Source of the DNA: Hydrolagus colliei
Lineage: Eukaryota
Assembly (NCBI GenBank): GCA_035084275.1
Contig: CM068748.1
Location: forward strand, 11,284,001 to 11,348,000
Reading direction: 5' to 3'
DNA: 64,000 nucleotides
Position 1 is the first letter of the stretch. Each line of letters begins with the position of its first letter. Made by a program: the position numbers and the translations under genes. This document shows positions 37,917 to 52,297 of this stretch, one piece after another. Below the pieces are notes generated by a model. It was not told the DNA's origin. It saw nothing but the letters and a program-made list of their open reading frames with translations, and searched no databases.

Positions 37917-38445
37917 ACAATCTACCCAGATTTTTGTTTTATTATCCTATGCACCTTGCAGAAGTTTTCATTCTCCCTCTACCTCTACTGAACTGCTGAC
38001 TCACACTGAGGTATTGACCTTCATAATCTGAGACAAAGTTTTATTTTCTTCCCACCAATACTGACCCATGTTAAAGATAAAACATCACTAATCAGGTTCA
38101 CCACATTGTTGGTCTATGTGCCTTTGCGTAACAGTTGGGCAAGACAATCTAATCAATGAATTGTGGAGTGTGGGTGCAGAGGTCTGTTCTGTCAGTCTTT
38201 GCCAGTGTTGCATCAATGGGCAGAACGCATCATGCCATCAGGTAGCCTTCACATTCCCCCTCCTTTCAGATGACTAAAATCTGAACCCATCCCCTGTCTA
38301 AATCCAGCATTCCCTGAATGCACGTGCAAAAATGTGATACTTCCTATTAGGTAGAAGATAATAATAACCAAGCAATATTACGTACAAAATCCTGTTTTTT
38401 TATTATCTGCTTTTTAAATGATCATTTCTCTCTGTCTCTGTGTAG

Positions 38446-38489
38446 GTTTTGTACAGCTCCATTAAGAATGAAAAGTTGCAGTGGACAAT
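38446..38489 (+). CDS. PSD: PSD exon (44 nt), VLYSSIKNEKLQWT, end of Sec7, phase 0 to 2
   Basis: ctctgtgtag| and AAT|gtaagt. Confidence 0.95.
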
Positions 38490-39149
38490 GTAAGTATGAA
38501 GCATTTGTTTTGATTATATGCTGTATTGTATAAATGGTGAATCATCCTCTACAGAATTAATCAATTTCTTAGGTCTTGCCACAATTGCCGTACATGTTCT
38601 AGTTTTTATGTCAATGCCAGGAACCTTACACAACACCTTGAAGCTCCTTCGCTTGCTGGAAAGTCAAGTATTGTTAACTTTAAAATGTCAGTGGGAGCAC
38701 ATTGATAAGACAGCCTGGTCTCTGGTGGATAAGCAGGCATAGTGGTGTTCTAGTGCTGTATTTAAATAACCTTGGATTTGCTTCCACAATGAGACTCTTG
38801 AGTAGATGTTAAGTAAAGCCCAGGTGGGATCTTCAATGCATCAATTTACTCCCTGATTCAAAAACAGCAGTGGCATCTCCCTGGAGAAAGTCATGGTCAG
38901 GGAGTGGTGAAAGTGTGGGAAGACCCAAGGAGAAAAAGTGGATGTAATTGGACATTTATTATAATAGAACACTCCCGTGGGAAAAACAAACTGATATAGT
39001 AACATAATTACACTGAAACGTGATAAACCATTTATCATAGTACAGCAATAACTAAGTGCTGACAATTTAGAAATAATTATAATGCTTGCATTTGATATGG
39101 TGACTTTCACATCAAGAGGATGCTCACAGAATACATTGCAAAACGAATT

Positions 39150-39750
39150 GACCACCTGACCAAGCCAAGGAACTTGGACATCTTGTTCAACCCTTAACTG
39201 TCCTTTCTCCCTCATATCCATACCATGACCAGCATTGCCTTCCACCACCTCCGCAACATTGCCTGTAGTTGTGTCTGCTACCACACCAGGCTCTGTGACC
39301 TCATCACTCCTCACCCGGCTCCACTGGTTCCCCATCCCTCACAGGATAGAATTCAAGATCCTTGACCTCGCCTTGCCCCCTCCTACCTCTCCGATGTGCT
39401 GACCCCCTATTAACCTATCTGCTCCCTCCATTCAGCAGGCTCTTGCATGTTCCATGTCTCCCTCCCAACCCATCCTACTATCGGTGGCCGGGCTTTCAGC
39501 CTCTCTGCTGCCACACTTTGGAACCCCATCCCACAGTCCCTTCACCTTACTCCTAATCTTGCCTCCTTCAAGGCCCAATGCAAGACCCTCCTTTTTGACT
39601 ATGCCTTCATCCAGCCCCCTGTCTCTCTGGCATCCCTCATCCCAACCCTGACCTCCCCCCATCCACTCACCCATTCTCAAGTGCTGACCCTTGATTGTTC
39701 AATGCCTTGGGACGTCCTCCCGACATGAAACGCGCTCTACAAATATAATT
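39150..39750 (+). mobile_element. L2 LINE 3' portion with internal gaps
   Basis: AFHHLRNIA, LHWFPIPHRIEFKIL, IGGRAFSLSAATLWNPIP and the L2 tail. Confidence 0.85.
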
Positions 39751-39769
39751 CCCTTTTCTTTTGGAATTT

Positions 39770-40050
39770 TGCCATAGGATGTTTAAAATCCACCTGCACC
39801 GTCAGACAGGTTTAGTATCTCATCCAACGGATGACACCTCCAAAAATACATTACCCACTCTTTCCCCCACCTCCCCCCCCACTCATCAGTACTGCATCAG
39901 AGTGTCATCTTAGACAAACAAACAAACAAAACTTACATTTATATAGCGCCTTTCACGTCGAGAGGACATCCCAAGGCGCTGAAATAGACTATGTGATTCT
40001 AAGTCCCAACATGGGACTTGAACCCATAACCTTCTGATTCAGAGGCAAGG
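39770..40050 (-). mobile_element. DeuSINE-like remnant interrupted by a short L2 tail (about 39917-39983)
   Basis: Similar to 22138-22305 (gtatctcatccaacggatgacacctc; gggacttgaacccataaccttctgattcagaggcaag). Confidence 0.6.
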
Positions 40051-41519
40051 CTGTCAACTTCATTATATAAAACAGAGTGATCATAGCTGAATATATATAT
40101 CACATAATCCAAAACTATACATTGTCATCCTCATGACTCATCACCCAGAGGAGAGCACTGAACAGCTAAATACATAACTGCCTTTTCTAATTTCACAGCC
40201 TCCTCCCCCTGTCTCCCTTGCTCTGAGAGAATTCCCTTAGGGTACCTCAGTGGATACTTCCTTGTTTCCATTTTGACCTAACTGCCTTTAAACTACCCAC
40301 TGCTTTCTTCCCTTTTTTCCACATTTGTGCCCCTCATTCATTTTATATCTATTATTTTTTGGAGTGCGCATATCAGATTAAAGCAAGCAAAAAGTACCAG
40401 ATCTTAGTAATTGTCTTGGGCCTCCCTCCCTTGGAATTATTAACAGATTTAACAGCTTCAAATAATAGGGTCAATTTAGTAACGCAATACTAATTAAATG
40501 GATTTCTGTTACTGCAAAAAAGGACAAGTCTTTCACCTCTTAAGTAGTCTGAAAACAAATTTAAATAGAAGTATTTTACACCATTTGTTTTTTCTTGCAT
40601 AAGTATCAGTGAAATTACTAAACCAACTACAACAAAATAGATTTGTGTAGCCCATTTCACGCATTTCAGGAAGACGATTGCTCTTGAACTGACATTTGAA
40701 AAAAAATGCAATTAATAACAGTTCACTCTATTCGCCTTGAAAACATGACATTGAGTTCCATCCCTTTTATCAAGTATTGAGTCCAGATACTATTTTGGTT
40801 GGTGCTGGTTCCTTCCACAATGGCTGGGGATGGGCTATACAACTTGTCATTGCAGGGCAAGGAAGATGAAGGAGAGAATGGGGCAGAAGACAGGAGATAA
40901 TGGGTTAAAGAGGTGTTAATGTTGTAAAACAAAAGTGCGGGCGAGAGTGGAGCTATAAAAGCATACGTTCTTTTTTATCCTGCTATAGTCTTTCTCATTT
41001 TACATAAGGGATTGTTCTGCACAAATGCTTCTGATTCTCCAAAGGTCATTGAGCAAATCCCCCAGATTTTCATTCATCTTTGCCTCTCCACAACACCACT
41101 CTATTCCTTTCCTCACAGATAACATTTGTACATTGCAGCAGTGTAGGATTATCATGACCAGGAGAGTACACCTACAGCTAGCAGTCTAATCGTGTTCATA
41201 ACCAGTTATTTGTGAATGAAACGCTTAAGTGTTTAACACTTTAGTTTTGGAGGGGGAGGGAAACACTTTGATTGCTGCCGATGGGCTTCACTTGAAGTTT
41301 TGTTGAATAAAGTTGTTTGTTGCTGATGAGAAAGGTTGTTGCATTCATGAGCTGTGAGCTCTGAATTGTAGTTGTGAGAAAGACAAAATTGATTGGTGAA
41401 TGAGGTCCCATCCATTTTATATATTGACCTTTAAATGAAGTGGAACTCAACTGGTCGTTCCATCATTGTGCATGTGAATATGTAGGCATACACAATGGTC
41501 ACCTCTTGTATGGACTACC

Positions 41520-41715
41520 CTAGCTCCTTCGCTCCCAACCCTTTTGACTCATCTCCTCCTTTCCCATCTTCAGATTGCGCCTGAAAATCGTTCTCTTCAA
41601 CCGCGCTTACGGTCACCTTCGTTTCCCCCTGGCTCGGCCTCGGGCTCCGCCACTGTGAAGCTCTGAGATGCCGCCCGATGTGGAGGGCAATATATCAATG
41701 CAAGTTGTTGTTGTT
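41520..41715 (+). mobile_element. L2 LINE 3' end with (GTT)n tail
   Basis: Reverse-complement similarity to 24593-24780. Confidence 0.7.
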
Positions 41716-44700
41716 GGTGCTAAGTCATTCTGCTTTACCATCCTAATAGGGAAATGAGCACGTTAAACAAATTGTATAACAAATCGTGTGTTAGATTAAA
41801 AAACTACAGGTGGTTTCCAGTATTGATTCTCAATCATTTGGATACCAGAAACTTTGGCACTTGACTTTTTGTTTTTATTTTACCTTTTTGGTAAATCATA
41901 TTTCACCATGAAATCAGCAAACTCCATGCGTCTGCTGTAGTGACGTGTGGAGACCATTTTGAATCCTGACTCTCATTATCAAGGCACTGTAACCCTTCCC
42001 TTCAAAATTACCCTTCAAAATGTAAATTGTTTCATTAACCTTCATTCTCCTTCTTAAGACAAATGTCCACTGTTCTCGGTGGCTGTTAATGCCTAATTAT
42101 CTGGCAGGATTTTCAAGGTCGGGCCGTTGACAATGATATTTTCCAGGGAGAACAAAAATTGCAGTGATGTAAATTGGAAATCAACCAAAATAAATCAAAG
42201 CAGGTATGTTTCGAAGGGAGTCAGAAAGGCTGCATTCACTGATTTACAACAAAAATAAAACACACAGAAATGGGAAAGTTCTCTCTTTCTTGGAAAGTGT
42301 TCCATTTCACAACACTTAACCTACTTCAGTAGGAGAGCACCAAATAAAGACTCCTCGAGCAACCCAAGAATTACTACTTGTGATGGGCCTGTTTCATCCT
42401 TGTATGGCACACTGGTGAATGTGCCATATCCAAGAACCAAAATGCCTGATGCCTATTATTGTGTACATAAGTGAAAACTCAGCTTTTCATTTTTGGTCAT
42501 GAAGTGTAGCGACATCACACCTAGACACGTTTTCATTTTACAGCTCAGTTTTTGCGGTTTTATACAACATTTACACTTGCACATCTTTTATGCTGAAGGA
42601 ATTGCAATGATGCAGCACTGTTCAGGACCCAACAGTAGCTTGTGATGTCAAGGTGATTCTGAGCTGAATGCTGCAGACTGATTAACAGCTGCTGAGACAA
42701 GAGCATTAATGTGGAAAACTAGTCTCAGGAATGGCTTTATCGAGGCAACACCATCAGTAACAGCACGGCTGCTTATTATTCTAATGATTATGTTAACAGT
42801 AGTTCTTCGTTGCCGGAATAATAGCTGATAGCGTTCCAGCCGTGGTCTGTTCTCTCTTGGCTGAATAACACTTCATGGTGCAATTACACATCTTCTCCTG
42901 TGCACAATTACAGAAGCAGATGTGCTGCAAAATACTCTGTGGAATGTGTATTGGGTATTAAGTCAACACTCATAACCTGCGGGAGATGGAGGAGGTAGAT
43001 TATTTTCATTTTAAAGTGGAAATTATAATTACCAGTGCACGCAACGGAATAGGATGGAGTCTCCAAAGTAGTGTTAGTGAGCCAAGTGCACAGCTAGGAC
43101 AGCTTGTTTACTAGATATTATTTGCTTTCTTTATTATGTCACATATCAACTTTAATTCCTATTCTAGTCCCTGTCCCTTCCTCCCCAAACACCACCAAAA
43201 AGAAGCAAGCGTTGAATGTTTTACTGAGAGCTGATTAGCCCCAAGAGGGCTTTCAGCCAGATAACTACTTTAATCCCATGTCTTGGCAGATTCCAAGTAT
43301 CAAACACTGGCATGATTTAAGGTAATAGTTTGATCTGGTCCCTACAGTAGTTTGACCAACTCAAATTATAAACATCATCCTAATTGGCCACAAACCTGAT
43401 ATTGGAGCCTCTGTAAATGTATTGGGAACTGGTTCAAATAGACTTGATTCTCAGCCAAATCTAGATTGAGAAATTGAATGCAGAATGAAAATAAACTAAC
43501 CTAAAGCAAAAACTGTGTAAAGTGAAATTTAGAATATAAGCAAAAGAGGAATAGACATAAAGGAACCAAAAAGCAGAGAGAGACAATGTGAAAGTCAAAC
43601 TTTTATAACCTTCTCCTTGCATCCCAAATTGACAAAAATGCATTTTAGCAGCAAAAGGTTAATGTTGTGTAGAGCTATGTCTGACATTTGGGTAGCTTTA
43701 TTACTGGGATAAAAAGTGACACCTTTGCGTGCAACCTAGAAATTTAATGACAACTGTCTTATAAAGCCAGGGGCATGGAGGGAGCTATATAAGTGTAAGT
43801 TGGTATGCAAAACTATCAATACTGTATATCAATATGGCATAAATCGTTTCAAGAAACTTTACATTTCTTGAGGATACTGACTTTTGACTCACTAGATGGA
43901 TAACTGGCTGCCTAACACATTTAATTGGGATGTGGTGCAGAATAGTCATTGAGGAGATTTGCCCAGATAATCTGTATGGGCAAATCTATACAGAAAAATA
44001 TGGTGTTCTGTCATTGTAGGACAGTTTATTTGCTTGCATGTTTAAATAAAGCTTACGGTAATGACTGATATAATGGTCTGTTACAGAATTCAGTCCCAAC
44101 ACACTGTATTCTCTCCTAATTTTGATGAAGCAGTCTTTTTCTGGCTGTTGACCCACAGCACTTTACAGTTTTTCCTGTGAGGTGTTTGGTAACTCCATCT
44201 TGATATGAAAGGTGCCCCACCAACTGCAAGGATTATTATTATGTGGAAATGGATGGTATGAATCAGGAATCTTAGTTTGAAATTTGGTTATCTGAGGCTA
44301 GGCATTTTCTTAGAAAAATACAGTCACACACTTTGCAGTAAATCTTGTGAAGTGCATTGAGATGTACTGATTTGCAAAGCACTATATCAAATGTGTGGGT
44401 TGTTACTCTGTTTAGCACATCCTCGTGAAGTTTTTAATTGTAGACCCTTAATAGTTATGCAATTATATAATGTCAAACACAATCTAACTGACAGAAACTT
44501 TGCTTTTATATAACATAATTGGAAAGTTAATCAGCCATTCAGTGGGTTTTCAGATTTTTTTTTAAAAAAACTTCAGCTAGTGCTGAAATAGAAATCTGTA
44601 TCTTCAAAGGTTCAAAAAGCACATATTTTAAATTAGATTTAAATTAGATACTGTTAATTGCATTGATCTCACAGCTAGTTCCCATGTGATAGTTCTTTTC

Positions 44701-45445
44701 ACATGTCTATGATTACCTGCTGGGAAGATTATTACAGCTGTGACTGCTGTGCAGGGCACGATCTATGAGCAAAACTTTTCTCATCTGAGTAAGAATGAGC
44801 AACGCAACAGCCCAGCCTGGTGCCGCATGTCCATTAAGTGTGAGCAATAATCTCAAGCCAAAATATGAAAACTCCATTAAACTTTGTTGCCGAATATACT
44901 GTCCTATTAATCAGCAGCATCAATAGCTGAGTTCATATTTTCTCGACTGTTTTCTTCCTCTGGCTGTGAACCATCCTTTTGGAGTTTAGAAGAATTTTAG
45001 ATAATAAACGGTTTCATTGGCTTATAACAGGTCCCAAAGGTGTCCCTTGAACCAATCGATAGGCGAAACACCGAAGATCATCTGATCACTCTTGTTATGT
45101 GTTGTGTTGTTACTCAGAATGAAGTGTAAAAGGTTCCCAAAACTGGTCTTGCTCGAATAAATAGATGTGTCTGTTCCCCATAAACAATTGCATTTATATT
45201 GCTTTAGTTTAAGACACTCTGTTGGGAAGGACGGCTAGGAGAATTGGTGAGTGGCCAGTTCAAGATCAGCATTAACAAAGGTCTGATTATCATGTTGAAC
45301 TCCAGCAAGAAATACATAGTAACTCTGTATTGCACAGAAGAGATCACACATTGGTACCATCTTTTCTTATCTTAAATGGTTCTTATGGTTATTGAACAAT
45401 TGATGATGTTAGTCAAGTTGACAAAATATTTTTCTTCTCATGCAG

Positions 45446-45636
45446 TAATGAGGAAGAATTGCGGAAGTCCTTGTCTGAGCTGGCAGATGACAGGTCAAAT
45501 CCCAGCTTAAAATCAATGAAAAGGATCAGCGGTGGCAGCAATCCCTTCCTCGATATCATGCAGGATCCTAAAGCAGCCACATACAAACATGGCTTTCTGG
45601 TGCGCAAGATGCATGCAGATTCTGATGGGAAGAGGA
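45446..45636 (+). CDS. PSD: PSD exon (191 nt), linker and start of PH domain (NEEELRKSL...KHGFLVRKMHADSDGKR), phase 2 to 1
   Basis: ttctcatgcag| and GGA|gtgagt. Confidence 0.96.
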
Positions 45637-46338
45637 GTGAGTGCTTGATTCATTAACTGTCTTGTTGAGTATTTTCAGAATTGAATGAAAATGAACAATG
45701 CACCTTCTGATTATAATGTTAAAGTCCAAAATATGCATGGGGAGAAATCGCACTCTGGTCCACATTTACTATTTTTAACCCAGCATTTTAGTGCAACCAG
45801 AATGGTAAAAATTCTTAAATACGTCCTTAATTTTGAAGCCAATTTTCACGAAATTCTTTTAGGAACTTCAGAAAAGTAGCTTCAAAGTAAAGACTGAATT
45901 CAATAATTAAACAAATTCGGAATATTCTAAAATGCTATGTTAATTGAATAAATCTAGTAAATATTATCTATCAATAGAATAACATAAATTTCAGCACAGA
46001 AAGAGACCATTCAGCCCATTGAGTGTATGTTTGTGCCAGGTATTTAACTGAAGATAAAACTCAAACCCAAATTTTCTAATCCCTTCTTAAATCTTTCAAT
46101 GTTAATTTTTGTTAAATATGTATTGAGTTGTTTTGTTTTCCTTCAGAATTTAATATACATGTAGTTTTTTGGGGGGACCAATGACCCTTTGAAGTCAAAA
46201 CTTAAATAAGGTATTGTACAATTGGTGATTATTTTGGTGACTATCACTTTGTCCATGAATTAAAGGTTGTCTTAACAAATCACGTATTTGAAGTGGTAGT
46301 ACCTACCAGTAGCTTGAATCTTGTTGTTTTTTCTACAG

Positions 46339-46409
46339 CTCCTCGGGGAAAGAGGGGTTGGAAAACCTTCTATGCTGTTCTGAAGGGAATGATCCTCTAT
46401 TTACAAAAG
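46339..46409 (+). CDS. PSD: PSD PH exon (71 nt), TPRGKRGWKTFYAVLKGMILYLQK, phase 1 to 0
   Basis: ttttctacag| and AAG|gtgtgt. Confidence 0.96.
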
Positions 46410-47080
46410 GTGTGTTCCCTTAAAGTGCACCCCATCCAGCATGAAGGGTGCTATATAAACGCAAGTTGTTGTTGTTATTGCTTCTCCGTCATTGTGGCCA
46501 AACAGAGTAATTTTTAAGACTGCAGATTAATGAGATCCTGTTTCTGGGCAAGGATTTGTTCTACATACCCAGCTCCAGGTGAAAAGTGAGAAAGATGATT
46601 GCCCACAAAATATACAGTGAATTAATTCAATTTGCAGGGTATTCTGTGAAGTGCTTTAAGATGCCTCAAAGATGTGATAAGGTGCTATGTCAAATGCAAG
46701 CATTATTATTATTAGTTCAATATTGGTGCCAATATTAATGGCAGGGCCTTTGCAAGGCATGGTGCCCAAGGCTCAAGACTAAGATTGGGAGCTTGTTGTA
46801 TAAGGATTCATGGATGCAAACTTAGTTTGGAAAAAACTCCTCTGATAAATGATGGATCAGTTTGCAATCTTATACTGAGCAGTTATTTAAATGCACAATT
46901 GCATCATATTCCTCCTAATCCTACTCCAGCCAAATAAGTGGAACTACAAGCTGGGGTCAATTACTCATTGATTCTTCGCATCCTATGGTTGTATATCAAC
47001 TCCACTGGGAATTTCCCTCTAACAATGTTACTGAGATAGAAATTAGTTTGGTGGATACGATAAAGGTGTAAACCAATATA

Positions 47081-47465
47081 CAGTAAAAGCCCGTTTATCC
47101 GGCACGCTCGGGGGTCGACTAATTGACTGTGCCGGGTAATCGGGTGGCAAGTTGCTGAAAAACCAACACAAAAAATTAACTTATTTTAAAACAAACTATA
47201 TTAATAATATACTAAATAGTAACGGAGTATTGTATAGCTACTTACCAATAAAGATTTCAGCACACTCAGTAAAAAATGGTTAAAAAAGCATTTTTCAACC
47301 GATCGGTAAAAACCTCCCAAGTTCGTAAGTTTAATAAGTGCATATCCGCACGCATTGCACGCATGCGCAAATTTAGCATACTCGCAATTGCTGGAATGGG
47401 AAATTGCCCCACGAGGGGGTCGAGCAATCCGGTTAATTGGGTCACGGATAAATGGGCTTTTACTA
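47081..47465 (+). mobile_element. Non-autonomous Tc1/mariner (pogo/Tigger-like) MITE, copy 1
   Basis: 21-bp TIR CAGTAAAAGCCCGTTTATCCG (2 mismatches in the right TIR), flanked by TA at 47079-80 and 47466-67. Confidence 0.9.
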
Positions 47466-47495
47466 TATTATCGTTCTGTTAGTACAGTCATGTAG

Positions 47496-47732
<237 letters not shown>

Positions 47733-48617
47733 TAAGTGACCATTCCTGGTAGACTCCAAATTATTAGCAATTTGGTTTCTCGGGACATCATTTAGGGGCA
47801 CAAGTATGATCAAAGTCCGCCTTTGTTGGCTTGAAAAATGCTGTGTTGAAATCCTGTGTTTTGGCTTGTATTTGCTGCAGCTGTGAAACTAATTCAGATC
47901 ATTTTCAACCTTCCTGTCAAAAATAAAACACTTCTATAATCTGGGTTAAGCATAAGAAACTTGCAAAAATCTATAAGAAATCACTGGATTACATTGGAGC
48001 AAACTTGTCAGTGGCATGAACTAGTAGGCATTCAGGAGGGCACAATCCAGAGCCTTAAACATTTAGGTTACACTGCAGCCAGAAGTCCATTAAACAGGAA
48101 ACAAAACATTTATATTGTTTGTCTATTGCCAAGTTTGGAAAGCATGACTGGGTTTCCCCTGATTTCCCAATATACCCCGTAATTATGATATGAAATCAGG
48201 AACTGGTTTTGGGAATCAAGTACTGGATTCAAGGAGTTGAATGATTAAAACCTAAATAGGGTCAGATTAGCATCGCCTTTTTTATTGACAAATGAAAAGG
48301 TGTGCATGCACAGTGACTCCTGCAGGTGTCTTTTTGACACTTCACCAAGATTCCAAGCGTATAGTTCTGCATATCCCGATCCTTACATATGTCCAAGAAA
48401 ACAAACTCTAGAACAATAGCACCTTCCCTTTCTCAGACCATTACCAATTACTGGGAGGCATTACTCATGTCACTATTCTGAGGTGCAGACAGGGTGTGTT
48501 ATCTTCGACTATAATCAATGGGACACTGCTTCCTGAACCTATGCTTTGTTATACTTTTGTCAGTGTGTTTGCCATTCAGAAATGCTCCTTTTTTAATGTT
48601 ACTCATTTTTACCAATT

Positions 48618-49268
<651 letters not shown>

Positions 49269-49927
49269 TAGGATAGCTGAGGCTAGGATGCACCTTGAAC
49301 CCATTTAATGCAGCATTGGGAGGATGGTAGGGTGCTTTTCTGGAAACATGGGATCATATATACTGATGAGCCTCCTTCTTTTGTGATCTTGAGGTACTGT
49401 TTTCCTATGATCCTATGCAGAATTTCATCTTAATGAATTTTGTTTGAATCCTTTAGCGAATGTAGCGATTTTGTTCTCCAATTATCCTGTTATAGCTACT
49501 GCTCAGCTACATACTCATAAATACTCACTGTTTGACATTGGATAATGTCGGTTTTCATTGACTTGTATTCATTACGCATGCAACATCTATTCAAGTTCCT
49601 CTCATATCATTTGCTGATGTAATAATCACTCACCCTCACGATATTAAATGGTGAATATATACTGTGCGCAATTGGCTGCCACAACTCGCCCACAAAACAT
49701 ACAGTCACTACACTTTACAACATATTCTGTGAAGCGCTATCAGACGTATCAATGGTGTTATAAAGCGCTATTATCAATATATGCTCCTTGGACATTAAAA
49801 ATGCAACACCACCTTCTGCTGGCCGAAACATTATGCTACAAGGGTGACCATGCCTATTGAACCAAAGGGAAGCCAGACTTTTGATGTCTTTCTTAAGAGT
49901 GCTGCAATGAGGGGCCTAAACAAAGTA

Positions 49928-50416
49928 CAGTAAAAGCCCGTTTATCCGTGACTTGATCAACCGGAACTTCCGTATAACTGTTACACAAAAAGTCCCCATC
50001 CGATTAACCGGATGTTATCCGGCACAATTGCGGTGGCGCATTTAATTAATCGATTGTCGCACAAGAGTACTTTACAGGTATTTTGGCTTGCCGCTAGTAG
50101 AGCTTTCAAGTCACGCTGCTGTTTTTTTTCCTTCGCGTGGCATCTGCCATTGCAGAAGCTATCAATAGACTGTACACCTCTACCCCAGCATCATGGCTTC
50201 AAACCAGGCATCTACCAGCAAAGGTTATTTTTAGGTGAATTTTTAGCTGAACAACAAAAGTCTGTTATTATTTAGTCTATTATTAATATAGTATGTGTTA
50301 AAATGTTAAATTTTTTTGTGTTGGGTTTTCGGCGTTGGATCCGACCAAATATCTGGCATGCCGTTTAACCGGCATTGGCCAGGTCCCGCAGGTGCCGGAT
50401 AAACGGGCTTTTACTG
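49928..50416 (-). mobile_element. MITE of the same family, copy 2, in opposite orientation
   Basis: Perfect 21-bp TIRs, TA at 49926-27 and 50417-18; its right arm is the reverse complement of the left arm of copy 1. Confidence 0.9.
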
Positions 50417-50446
50417 TACCTTATTTTCATGTTTGTATTTTTTCAG

Positions 50447-50590
50447 GGAGAACAGGTGAAGGCTCATGAAGCCAGATTGAAATCGATGGCTGTGGACCTT
50501 GCTGAGCATCAATCGTATCCTCCTGACAAGAAGGTGAAGGGCAAAGAACTGGAAGAATACAGACAGAAAAAAGATTACCTGGAGTTTGAG
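50447..50590 (+). CDS. PSD: PSD coiled-coil exon (144 nt), GEQVKAHEARLK...KDYLEFE, phase 0 to 0
   Basis: ttttttcag| and GAG|gtgaat. Confidence 0.95.
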
Positions 50591-51064
50591 GTGAATTCAC
50601 TAATTACACATATTTTGTCAGAACAAATTCATGATGCAATGAAAGCCTGATAATTAGAGCCTCCATTTAACATTTATTTAATAGTATGGTAATGCATAAA
50701 CTCATATTTTTTGATGGTATAGCTTGTCCTCCTGCCACAAGTTCTGCTGTAACCAATACAATTGCAGAATGAGTTTACTTTGCATTCATACTAATAACTG
50801 AACACATTGTCTAGAATCTGTTGTGTCCTGTTTAAATAGTCCAGGCATGGTATTCTGTATAAAGATCTATCTCTACTGATGAACAAAGTTGACCTACTGG
50901 GGCTGCAGAGACTGTAAATGTTACTTAGTGAGGCTCTGACACATGCAGGGCTTAAATAATGAGTCTGGTGGGATGATTCATACATTAGGTATCAATTTAT
51001 CTTGCTTGATCTGCATGTTGTAGGTTTTACTGCATTTAAAACTGTTTTTTTGTCTCTTCAACAG

Positions 51065-51307
51065 AATGTAAGATTCAGTACATATGTGCTGCTTCTCTGT
51101 GCAAAGCTGAAAGCTGGAACAGACGACTTGGACAAGTTTGAGGCTACCCTGTTTGACACTGTGGAGAGTGAAGGGAATGGCTTGAAGAAATCTCGCTCGA
51201 GCCCATCTCTGAACCCGGAGCAGCCGATCATCACCATCAGGGTCAAAAGAAATACCTCTGAGCGCAGAAGCTATCGACAGGCCATCAGCACCAAGCACAA
51301 GTTATAA
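51065..51307 (+). CDS. PSD: PSD last coding exon, NVRFSTYV...LKKSRSSPSL...KHKL*
   Basis: ctcttcaacag|; conserved S(R/H)SSPSL; TAA at 51305-51307. Confidence 0.94.
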   Translation, partial: NVRFSTYVLLLCAKLKAGTDDLDKFEATLFDTVESEGNGLKKSRSSPSLNPEQPIITIRVKRNTSERRSYRQAISTKHKL

Positions 51308-52291
51308 TGCACTGTTAGTGGAGCTTTGTATCAAGGCTCGCTAGCTAGTATGTAACATTCGGATACAACTTATGAATTTAGAATAGTGCCAATGGTAGCT
51401 GCTCACGTCAGTTGGAACTTTTGTGGTTCACGGCCTGCTCAGTGAATGACAGTTGAGGTTTTCTCTTGAGGTGGATGTGTATGGACAGATACCAAGACCA
51501 GGACACTGTGATGGAAGAGAAGCCCTGGTTCAAAAGATTCAATGATAGGCCTTTGGAACACAATCAGCTGCTGTGGATATGAAGACTACTGATGCTCATG
51601 CTGAGGTCTAGGAGAAGACCTGTCAAGGCTTCGACCAATTAAAGTTTTATTTATGATCCCTCATCAAAACTTTTTGGAAAGGTTTAGCTGTTCTGTTTAC
51701 AGAACAGCTGTTCTGTGAATGCTGCTGCCGTGAGAAGGCTGAGCTGCATCATGTAGCTGCATCGTGTATTTCTGTTGGCTCGATGATAGATTTTGTCTCT
51801 AACATAGCACTGAGACAGACTCACATGTTCACTGCTAAGCTTTGATGGGGCAGCTACAACTTTAGTTTTTGGTGGGACTTGCTATGCCTTTGCAACGCTT
51901 CTTGGATATTGCAACAGAAGTGACAAATTGAGCTTCAACCACCTGTACTCCCATGTACTAACTACTGAGAATCGCACTGATATGAGTGAAGATTCAATCA
52001 ATAGTCTTGTGGTGGAAAGTAATTCTCTATTTATGTTGTGTTTTGCTTTTGTTTTCCTTCCCCTTTCTCTTGCTCCTAGAACCTGCGTTTTTTTCCCTAA
52101 ATGTTAAATTATTATGAAGTAAAGGCATAGAATCAACCTAAATGCGTCTTTTATAAAACAAGATGATTAATGGCAGTATTTAAACACTAGTTACAGAATA
52201 ATTTGGATTTACATGAGACTTCTGTTCTGTTTAGTTAGGTTCACAGCCTGTATCCTCGGCAGTGCCAGTTCAGTCCTTTTAGCTTTTATGT

Positions 52292-52297
52292 AATAAA
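52292..52297 (+). terminator. Candidate polyadenylation signal (alternatives AATAAA at 54197 and 54291)
   Basis: First AATAAA I found after the stop codon, about 985 nt downstream, overlapped by TGTA. Confidence 0.5.

Noticed and set aside
42825-42994. Possible further alternative exon ending GAG|gtagat, with 56 open codons in the phase needed for exon 45446
   Set aside because: No ATG or phase-compatible acceptor in that frame; the nearby ATG would give only MEE-stop; no recognisable homology
51293-51307. C-terminal HKL as a peroxisomal PTS1 signal
   Set aside because: Non-canonical -3 residue, and EFA6 proteins act at the plasma membrane; likely chance
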